Shown: positions 1 to 8,500 of the stretch, piece after piece
How positions within the stretch are numbered: position 1 is the first letter of the stretch
Layout of the letters: the number at the start of each line of letters is the position of its first letter
DNA from: Rhynchopus sp. YZ270_cl-10
Taxonomy: Eukaryota
Direction: 5' to 3'
DNA: 64,000 nucleotides
Assembly: GCA_964035575.1 (NCBI GenBank)
Contig: OZ037833.1
Span: 1,488,001-1,552,000 of the forward strand
Made by a program: the position numbers and the translations under genes
Notes under the pieces: generated by a model
Told to the model about the DNA's origin: nothing
The model's database searches: none
What the model saw: the letters and a program-made list of their open reading frames with translations, nothing else

Positions 1-51
1 ATCCCTCGAAATAAAACCCTTTCTGAGATCCCAATAAGTGGGAATATTCAA

Positions 52-123
52 GCGGTTATGGTTTAGTGGTTAGAACACCCGTTTGTGGCACGGGAGACCC
101 GAGTTCAATTCTCGGTAACCGCT
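52..123 (+). tRNA. tRNA-His(GTG)
   Basis: Cloverleaf: acceptor GCGGTTA/TAACCGC, anticodon arm CCCGT-TTGTGGC-ACGGG, T-loop TTCAATT, followed by a T-run. Discriminator is T and the genomic -1 base is A. Confidence 0.95.
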
Positions 124-211
124 TTTTTAGCTGTACAATCAACCGTCTAAATTTTTTTTCAACTCCAAAAATATGCAGGCCACATAAAAAATACTATTGC
201 CTAAAGACATG

Positions 212-283
212 GACCGTGTGGCTCAATGGAAGAGCGCCTGACCACGGATCAGGCGGTTGCAGGTTCGAGTCCTGCCACGGTTG
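212..283 (+). tRNA. tRNA-Arg(ACG), C33 variant
   Basis: Acceptor GACCGTG/CACGGTT; anticodon arm CCTGA-CCACGGA-TCAGG; T-loop TTCGAGT; downstream T-run. Confidence 0.93.
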
Positions 284-372
284 CTTCTTTTTTTAGGCAA
301 TTTGAAGAATTTGAAATTATTTTCATTTTGAAATCGCCCCTCACAAAGAAAACACTTTGCATGAAAGTAACA

Positions 373-444
373 GCACTTATGGTATAACGGTTAGTATTCT
401 CGCCTTCCAAGCGAGCGGCCCGGGTTCGACTCCCGGTAAGTGCA
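373..444 (+). tRNA. tRNA-Gly(TCC)
   Basis: Acceptor GCACTTA/TAAGTGC; anticodon arm CTCGC-CTTCCAA-GCGAG; T-loop TTCGACT. Confidence 0.95.
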
Positions 445-732
445 GTTCTTTTTTTAAAGGGGGAAGCAAAATTTTCATGTTCAGAAAATTTTTTCTGAAA
501 TGTCAGCTTTTCAAAGAATTTCCAGTTTTCAAGTTTTTCCTTCAAAAATTTTTCAAGGTTCTTATGGGTGGGTTGACTACCAAAAAATCCAAAATCCCGG
601 GGTGACCCCTTCCCACTGGACCCAATGTTTTTATCTGTTGTGACTGTAACTTGTCACTGTAATTCATTTGACACCAACCTCTCACTTTTTTGTGTTTTCA
701 AAAAAGTTCAAAAAAACAATGTTCAAAAAGTT

Positions 733-805
733 AACCCCGTGCGGGACTCGAACCCGCAACCTTTGGATTCGAAGTCCAACGCGCTATCCATTGCGCCAAC
801 GGGGC
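733..805 (-). tRNA. tRNA-Arg(TCG)
   Basis: Reverse complement: acceptor GCCCCGT/ACGGGGT; anticodon arm TTGGA-CTTCGAA-TCCAA; T-loop TTCGAGT. Confidence 0.95.
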
Positions 806-920
806 CTGATTTGATTTTCATCAGAAAAGAAACGAAACAATGAGTGGGAGCCCTGTACAAAAAAGAATTCCCCGGCCGGGAATTGAACCCGGGTCTTCCG
901 CGTGACAGGCGGAAATACTG

Positions 921-3252
921 GGCCATCCTCCAGTACAGGCCCGCAAAATTTGGCACAGAATGGGCCCAAAAAAACCAGCACAGAATGGAAACGAAAAACC
1001 AGCACAGAATGGAATAGTCGGAGCCTTATAGCCGTGTTCCATTCTGTGCTGGCTTTTCGTTTCCATTCTGTGCTGGTTTTTCAGAAAATTTTTGATTTCC
1101 ATTCTGTACTGGCTTTTCGTTTCCATTCTGTGCTGGCATTTTGACTGAGAAAATGATCCGAAATTCAATACCCGGGTCAGGAGTTTTTTTTCCTCTCCTA
1201 ACAAATCCTTAAGGAAAAGTGAATTATGGATTGCTCAGGATTCCGCAGCCATTCCATTCTGTGCTGGTGTTTCAAAAAAGTACACTTTTTCGTTACGAAC
1301 CAAAAAGTGCACTTTTCTGAAACACCAGCACAGAATGGAATAGCTGGGGAATCCTTAGCAATCCATAATTCACTCTTCCCCTAACAAATCCTTAAGGAAA
1401 AGTGAATTATGGATCACTCAGGATTTCCCAGCCATTCCATTCTGTGCTGGTGTTTCAGAAAAGTGCACTTTTTCGTTACGAACCAAAAAAGTGCACTTTT
1501 CTGAAACACCAGCACAGAATGGAATGGCTGGGAAATCCTGAGTGATCCATAATTCACTTTTCCTTAAGGATTTGCTAAGGGAAACAAAAACTGCTGGTTC
1601 TGGGGTTGGAACCTCCGACCACCAATTTCATACAGTGCACGGAACCTGTGTAGTACTCACTTGGATACTTTGTCTTGCATAAGGATTTTCACCAAGGCGG
1701 ACTAAGTGTCCCAGTGTGTAGCACAGGTTTCATACATAAGAGTTTCTTCGGTGTCGTAGGTTCAAACCCCAGAACCAGCAGTTTTTGTTTCCCCTAACAA
1801 ATCCTTAGGGAAAAGTGAATTATGGATTGCTAAGGATTTCCCAGCCATTCCATTCTGTGCTGGTGATTCAGAAAAGTGCACTTTTTTGGTTCGTAACGAA
1901 AAAGTGCACTTTTCTGAAACACCAGCACAGAATGGAATGGCTGGGAAATCCTGAGTGATCCATAATTCACTTTTCCTTAAGGATTTGCTAAGGGAAACAA
2001 AAACTGCTGGTTCTGGGGTTGGAACCTCCGACCACCAATTTCATACAGTGCACGGAACCTGTGTAGTACTCACTTGGATACTTTGTCTTGCATAAGGATT
2101 TTCACTAAGGCGGACTAAGTGTCCCAGTGTGTAGCACACAGGTTTCATACATAAGAGTTTCTTCGCCGGCGGAGGTTCAAACCCCAGAAGCAGCAGCTTT
2201 TGTTTCCCCTAGCAAATCCTTAGGGAAAAGTGAATTATGGATTGCTAAGGATTTCCCAGCCATTCCATTCTGTGCTGGTGTTTCAGAAAAGTACACTTTT
2301 TCGTTACGAACCTAAAAAGTGCACTTTTCTGAATCACCAGCACAGAAGCCATTCCATTCTGTGCTGGTGATTCAGAAAAGTGCACTTTTTTGGTTCGTAA
2401 CGAAAAAGTGCACTTTTCTGAAACACCAGCACAGAATGGAATGGCTGGGAAATCCTTAGCAATCCATAATTCACTTTTCCTTAAGGATTTGTTAGGGGAA
2501 ACAAAAACTGCTGCTTCTGGGGTTTGAACCTCCGACCACTGGGAAAATAGAATGTGAACAACCCTTGTGGTGCCCACTTGGATGCTTCGTCAGCAATAAG
2601 GATTTCCATTAAAGTAGAGATAGTGTCCTAGTGGTTACCACACAGGTTCCGCACACTACATATTACTACTGGTCGGAGGTTCAAACCCCAGAGGGTGCAG
2701 TTTTTGTTGTTCGTGTGGTTAATAAGCTGGCTGGTGGGTGCGGGTGCACGGGACCCTGCTGGTTCTAGGTTGCGTTATCTGGCTGGTGGTTGTGCGGGTT
2801 TGCGGGTTGACGGGTGCGCGGGTTTGCGGTCCCTAGCTGGTTCGTGTGGTCGATAAGCTGGCTCTTGGGTGCGGGTGTGCGGGAACCTACTGGTTCTAGG
2901 TTGCGTTATCTGGCTGGTGGTTGTGCGGGTTTGCGGGTTGACGGGTGCGCGGGTTTGCGGTCACTAGCTGGTTCGTGTGGTTGTGCGGGTGCGCGGGGTT
3001 CGGGCAGCGTTATCTGGTTCTAGGTTGTGTTAACTGGCTGGTGTAGGTGAAACTTTTTGTCATTTTCAGGTGAGACAAAGTTTTGGCCTGAAAAATTTTC
3101 TCAAAAATCTTGCTCTGTGAAAAAAAAAATTTTTTGTGTAGAAAAATTTTTTTTGGCCTGTAAGTGGGTCAAGTCTGAGTCCGTCCATTCTGTGCTGGTT
3201 TTTGGGTCACCATTCTGTGCTGGATTCCGCCATTCTGTACTGGTGAGTCGCC
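921..3252. mobile_element. Non-autonomous TIR DNA transposon (MITE/foldback-like) with 8-bp TSD AAATACTG
   Basis: TSD at 913-920 and 3253-3260. Imperfect TIRs GGCCATCCTCCAGTACAG / GGCGACTCACCAGTACAG. Many CCAGCACAGAATGG sub-repeats in both orientations, an internal ~420-bp tandem duplication, and no transposase ORF. Confidence 0.88.
2708..3045. repeat. GC-rich TGCGGGTT / CTGGCTGGTG modular repeat, same family as 20890-21700
   Basis: Repeated ggttctaggttgcgttatctggctggtggttgtgcgggtttgcggg modules nested inside the tRNA-Asp insertion. Confidence 0.8.
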
Positions 3253-3378
3253 AAATACTGACCTCTATACTACCGAGGATACAATCTTCACTCTGATTTA
3301 TTTTCGCGGATTAAAATGGTCTAAAATGAGCACAGAAATGACGAAAATGCATGAAAATTTGTGAACAAAAAAATGAAT

Positions 3379-3460
3379 CGCAGTCGGCAGGACTTGAACC
3401 TGCGCGGGCAGAGCCCAATGGATTTCTAGTCCACCTCCGTAACCACTTGGATACGACTGC
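3379..3460 (-). tRNA. tRNA-Ser(AGA)
   Basis: Acceptor GCAGTCG/CGACTGC; anticodon arm GTGGA-CTAGAAA-TCCAT; long variable arm GGGC-TCT-GCCC; G73. Confidence 0.95.
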
Positions 3461-3538
3461 TGTAATTCTCACCGTTCTTTGTTTTTAGGCAGTCATCTGT
3501 TTGCAGAAAATAATCTGGAACACGAAAACGAAAAAAAA

Positions 3539-3622
3539 TCCTCTCGGCCGGAATCGAACCAGCGACCGCTCGATAACCGAGTATTCTACAGTCGAGCGCT
3601 CTACCAATTGAGCTACGAGAGG
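3539..3622 (-). tRNA. tRNA-Tyr(GTA) with 11-nt intron (3575-3585)
   Basis: C1-G72 acceptor CCTCTCG/CGAGAGG; anticodon arm CTCGA-CTGTAG[AATACTCGGTT]A-TCGAG with the intron at canonical position 37/38. Confidence 0.95.
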
Positions 3623-3746
3623 TTCTACAACTGTCATTGTTTTCACAGAAGCCCATAAAATTTTTTGGCTCAAAAAAATTTTTTTGCCACACAAACCTGT
3701 AGAAATTTGCACCCCATGTATTTCTTAATGATACGATAATATCAAG

Positions 3747-3819
3747 GCGAGGTTGGCGCAGTCGGGAGCGCGTAGGTCCCATAATCCTAAGGTCGTCAGT
3801 TCGATCCTGGCACCTCGCA
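3747..3819 (+). tRNA. tRNA-Met(CAT), elongator type, C33 variant
   Basis: Acceptor GCGAGGT/ACCTCGC; anticodon arm TAGGT-CCCATAA-TCCTA with T31:T39; elongator T-loop TTCGATC. Confidence 0.92.
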
Positions 3820-3904
3820 CTTTTTTGTGTGTCTTTTTCCTTTGTGTGGGATTTTCAGCAAAATTTCCACCTTCATGCTAAACGCATTGAAGCCCTAAAT
3901 CATG

Positions 3905-3975
3905 GGCCCTATGGTGTAGCGGTAGCACTATGGATTCCAAATCCATCAACGGCGGTTCGATTCCGTCTAGGGTCA
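3905..3975 (+). tRNA. tRNA-Trp(CCA)
   Basis: Acceptor GGCCCTA/TAGGGTC; anticodon arm ATGGA-TTCCAAA-TCCAT; T-loop TTCGATT. Confidence 0.92.
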
Positions 3976-4057
3976 TTTCTTTTTTTACACACTTTCCTTT
4001 CTGTGTTGTCTTGAAAAACTTCTTCGCAGGAGAAACAGCAAAAGCATCTTAATCAGC

Positions 4058-4129
4058 GGCGATTTAGCTCAGTGGCAGAGCATTGGTCTTGTAAACCAAG
4101 GGTCGGGGGTTCGATCCCCCCAGTTGCCT
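4058..4129 (+). tRNA. tRNA-Thr(TGT)
   Basis: Acceptor GGCGATT/AGTTGCC; anticodon arm TTGGT-CTTGTAA-ACCAA; T-loop TTCGATC. Confidence 0.95.
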
Positions 4130-4226
4130 TTCTATTTTTTGGTGATGTGATGTGATGTGGTTGTGCTGAAGAAGCAGCAACTGAGCACTGGATGTGACAG
4201 GCAGGAACGCAGAAGGGAGATGGCCT

Positions 4227-4634
4227 GGCCGTACTCCAGTACAGGCCCGAGCGAGTGCTCACAGAATGGGCTCCAAAAACCAGCACAGAATGGAATGGCT
4301 GGAGACTTATAGGCTTACTGTAAGGATTTGTTAGGAGTGGAAAAAAAAACTCCTGACCCGGGTATTGAATTTTCAGATCATTTTCTCAGTCACAATGCAA
4401 GCACAGAATGGAAACGAAAAACCAGCACAGAATGGAATGGCTGGAGTCTTATAGCCGTGTTCCATTCTGTGCTTGGTTTTGGTTTCCATTCTGTGCTTGC
4501 ATTGTGACTGAGAAAATGATCCGAAAATTCAATAGCCAGGTCAGGAGTTTTTCCATCTGAATTATGGATTGCTAAGGATTTCCCAGCCATTCCATTCTGT
4601 GCTGGATTCCACCATTCTGTACTGGTGAGTCGCC
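4227..4634. mobile_element. Short (~410 bp) relative of the element inserted in tRNA-Asp
   Basis: Same termini (GGCCGTACTCCAGTACAGGCCCG ... CATTCTGTACTGGTGAGTCGCC) and the same CACAGAATGG sub-repeats. No clean TSD. Confidence 0.8.
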
Positions 4635-4944
4635 AAGAAGCGGCAGCTGAGCACACTGGACATGCCCAGAAAGGAGATAAGTTGTGGGGCTGAAACGTGC
4701 TATCCCCAGCAAAAGGGTCTGGCACTTTTCGCGAGTGGAAGCAGTTCACACCTGGTTGAACGCAAAACCTACACCGGTCGGTGGGAGTCCTGTGTTGGTT
4801 CGGAAAACACATATTTTCACCCAAATTCCACTCTCAACTTGCCAACGAAACAGAACTGAGATCAAGTGGAGGAAATATTTTTTGGTTTTCATTTGCCTCA
4901 AAATCTCAGAAACCTGCAAAATCGTAAACATTCAAAAAGAAAAG

Positions 4945-5017
4945 CACCTCCCGCGGGGCTCGAACCCGCGACCACAAGGTTAAGGGCCTTGCGCTCTACC
5001 GACTGAGCTAGGGAGGC
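4945..5017 (-). tRNA. tRNA-Lys(CTT), C33 variant
   Basis: Acceptor GCCTCCC/GGGAGGT; anticodon arm CAAGG-CCCTTAA-CCTTG; T-loop TTCGAGC. Confidence 0.93.
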
Positions 5018-5125
5018 TCACATTCATTTAAACCAAAGAATCATTGTGGGGGGTGGTCATGCAGAAAAGTCTCTTGTCCTAAATTTGACCACCCCAGAGA
5101 AAAGGAAAGAAGGTAAAACTATTAG

Positions 5126-5198
5126 GCCCGTGTAGCCCAATGGATAAGGCGTTCGCTTCCTAAGCGAAAGATTGTGGGTTCGATCCCCACCATGGGTA
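5126..5198 (+). tRNA. tRNA-Arg(CCT)
   Basis: Acceptor GCCCGTG/CATGGGT; anticodon arm TTCGC-TTCCTAA-GCGAA; T-loop TTCGATC. Confidence 0.95.
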
Positions 5199-5412
5199 TT
5201 CTCTTTTTCACTGGGAAGTGAAAATATGGAAAATGATTTTTCAAGATTCTCTCACCATCTTGGGATTTTGGTGACAACAAAGATATGGCAAAATACTTTC
5301 ACAAAAATGCACTTTTCCAAACTTCCTCATCTTGGGATTTTGGTGGTCGAAAAGATGTGGAAATAATTTTTCTAAACAATTCCCAAGCAAGAAACTACCT
5401 AAATAAAAAGAG

Positions 5413-5450
5413 GGGCTCAGCAGGGAATCGAACCCTGGACCTCTCGCACC
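5413..5450 (-). pseudogene. 3' half of a tRNA-Pro gene, 10 nt from the retrotransposon poly(A)
   Basis: Reverse complement GGTGCGAGAGGTCCAGGGTTCGATTCCCTGCTGAGCCC is the Pro-type anticodon 3' strand, T-arm and acceptor. The 5' half was not found in the window. Confidence 0.85.
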
Positions 5451-5456
5451 GGTATG

Positions 5457-5460
<4 letters not shown>

Positions 5461-5505
<45 letters not shown>

Positions 5506-8500
5506 CAACTTAGCCCTAGGCTCGCTTTTTTTAATCTACATCCAGTGACAGAGGGGGTACTTACTAGTCAAGCGAGTATGTAAACAGCTAGATGTCCAGA
5601 CAAGGGCACTTTACTATTGTACTGGCAAGACAGTGCCTGAAAACACAGTTAGTGGCACTAAAATAGAAAGCATGTGGGACAACTACAACCAACACTTCCC
5701 TGCAAATAAGCAAAAGGGTCGTATGTGAGTGCAATTTTTCCCAAAAGGAAAAGGGGAGGGGATGGGACGGGAGGGTTGCTCTGTCTACCGGTGTAGTTTT
5801 ATTTTGCTTTGTCTTGGGGAGGGGAGGGGAGGAGAAGGAGGGGATTGAGTGAGCCGTTTCCTCTGTAACACACAAACAAATAAAAAGGAAGTTCCATAAT
5901 CTTTTTAGTAGTTTTCTTTTTGGTGAAAATTTTTGAGAACTTCAGTAAGTGTGACCTGACCCGACTGACTGACACCCAAAGGGGAAAACAACAATAACGC
6001 ACAACAAAATCAACAACAACAATGGTGGGTCTCGTGCTTACCTGTGGTGGTTTTGAAAAATGAAAAATTGAAATTGACCTTCACAAGGTAAAAATGAAAA
6101 ACTAAAGGAGTGAAAAAAGGAACTCAAAGGACAAGAGTTCTGTACAAACTCTACTCTACTGCACAATCTATAAAAGTGGCCCAATGGCTCCTGATGCCAC
6201 TGGCCTGGCTCTTAGACAGGTCTTACTCCGAGACTGCCCTCTACCCTCAGAGCCTCGTCCAAGGGGTACGGGCCGTCGCTGGGGTAGACCCGTCCTAGCC
6301 AGCAGCCAACCAAAAATATTAACAAATAGGAAGGGGGGCGGAAAGGGGGGAAAGGGGGGGCAAACCCCAAAGGATGAAAAGAACAAAAAACACAAAATAA
6401 AAAGGGTTAAAAATAAACATGGGGCAAACTGTCATTCTCTACACGCTTCTACACACACACTCTCACCCTCTAACTCTCTAGCTCTCTAATTCTTTTTATT
6501 CCCCTTTTTCCCCTTCCTTCCTCCGCTCTGTCTCCCCTTCTGTCCACCACCGCGACCATTGCGCCCTCTCTGCACCTCCTGGGGCGAGAGCACATGCTGC
6601 GTCGCTTGTGCCACTGCGTCGGTGAACACGTTCGACGTGTTGGACCTACCCTGAGCTGCATGGCGCTGGGGTCCTTTGGGAGCTGGGGAAGGAGCAGGTT
6701 GGGCGGAGGAGGTTGCATTGCCACGGCCTGCCGATGAGGAGGAGGAAGAAGTGGAGACTGCAGGTTGGGCGATGGAGGTTGTAGTGCCACGGCCTGCAGA
6801 GGTGGAGGAAGAAGAAGAAGAAGAGGAGGCTTGAGGTTGTCGGCCTATTCCCTCTCGAGCCGCTCGTGCCTCATTCTCCCTCCTTGTACTCTCCGCTGCA
6901 AAGGCCTGCCCCCTACTGCTCCGGTTGTCCGTCAGGGCATGCAACGTCGACTTTGCCTTGCACTTTTCCTGAACCGACCACTCATGCAAACCCACCACCT
7001 TCATCACCTCATACCACTGAGTGAAAGTAGCGGTAGAGAGGGGGAGTGACAACAAGGGTCTGCCATCCTGTTTCTCTCCCTGACGGTAGTGGAACAGGGA
7101 GATCCACTTCGTCACAGAAGAAGGCACCGGCGACCCCATGGTGAGGCACGGGAAAAGACCCCCCCTCTCCGTCCGCTCCTCCTCCGTCCACATCCAAGCC
7201 TCGCTCTGCGCCCTCAGCAATTCCCTCACCCTCGCTTGCTTCTTCTGGTCAGGGATGCCTTCCACTGACAGAGAATGCGAGCGATCCGCCCCCTCCATCG
7301 CGGTGTCGAGGTCCTCCTCCTGCTCCTGCTCATCATCATCCATCTCCTCCACCTTCACACGCACCTCGGTGTCTGCCGCCTCGGCCTGTCGCCCCACCTC
7401 CTCCTCCAGCTGATCCCGAGAAGGGGTTCCCCAGCTGACCCTGCCTTCCCGAACGACGATGACCGCGCTGGTCTTGCCCCAGGTGTCGCAGTATCCGGCC
7501 TCCCCTGCTATCTTCCTAACCGCCTGACGGGCGACCACCGACTCCGGGCAATCACCGTCCCCCTCCCCGTTCCCACTCCACGGCTGCTGTGTCGCCCAGC
7601 AGTACAGGAACTCGCCCGGGCACGGAGAAGCACCTTGAGGACCAAAGAGAGCCATCCAGTCGCCGACACAGTCAGGTTCGAGTCCTTCAGGGTCGTCGCC
7701 CACCGCTCTCCGCACCGCATGGCAGGGGAGGAATAGCCGCCCTTCGCACACCACCCCAAAGCACCGCCCGTATGCCACCATGCGTTCCGCCTCCAGCTGT
7801 CGGGAGAGGTTCACCGCCGTCAACAACAGAGTGGTCGCCTTCTGCTCCGACTCATGCTTAGCTGCGATGGCGTAATGCCTCTCGCAGCGTTGCCTGTCAT
7901 ACTCCGCCCGGAGCGACTCTCCTGCTTCGGGGTGCCGATCGCAGTCTTCCAAGTACTGCGCATGCATCCTCTTCGCGTCCTCTGCGAGTTCCCGCTTGTG
8001 CCTGGCGGTCAGCTCCTCCACACGATGCCTGTCCGCCGCCTTCGCCTGGTCCAGACGCACATTCTGTTCCTCCAGGAAACGACTCAACTCCTGCTGGCGG
8101 TCGCCAAAAGTGCCCCGAAGCGCGGCCAAATCCGGTCCCCACGACCGACGATGCTCCCGCCGTACCTCCAGGGCTTGCTGCCACGCGTCCGACGCACGCT
8201 GCAACGCTTCCTTCTTATCCTGGTCCGCCTTTTGTTGTTGCTGCTTCTGCTGTTTCCGTTGCTTCTCGTGCTTCTGCTGCTTCTGTTCTGCCTGCTGCCC
8301 CTCTTCGCCCGCCATTGGCGTGTCTACCTCCTCGACGTCCTCGCCCTCGGGAGCTGGCACTGCTGGAGAAGGAGCCCGTTTAGGTGGTGGGTCTCCGCTC
8401 CCCTCCGCAGAGGCAGCCTGAGCCGGAACATTCGAGTGCAAAAAAGACAGGGCACTGAAGTATTCCGCCCTGCCAATTTGCGACAGAGGGCAGTGCTTGG

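Larger units (their letters stand above)
868..3279 (-). pseudogene. tRNA-Asp(GTC) gene interrupted by a 2.3-kb insertion (3' part 868-920, 5' part 3253-3279)
   Basis: 5' part TCCTCGGTAGTATAGAGGTCAGTATTT at 3279-3253; 3' part CAGTATTTCCGCCTGTCACGCGGAAGACCCGGGTTCAATTCCCGGCCGGGGAA at 920-868. Removing the insert and one AAATACTG copy restores a complete cloverleaf. Confidence 0.92.

Noticed and set aside
5451..5460. GGCATACC shared between the retroelement 3' flank and the U2 3' end (14113-14120) as a TSD
   Set aside because: The two copies are in opposite orientation and the second lies beyond U4 and U2, so the match is probably chance.
66..5548. Short ORFs across the tRNA cluster, and antisense ORFs over GC-rich genes elsewhere
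   Set aside because: They overlap tRNAs, repeats or real genes on the other strand and show no protein motifs.
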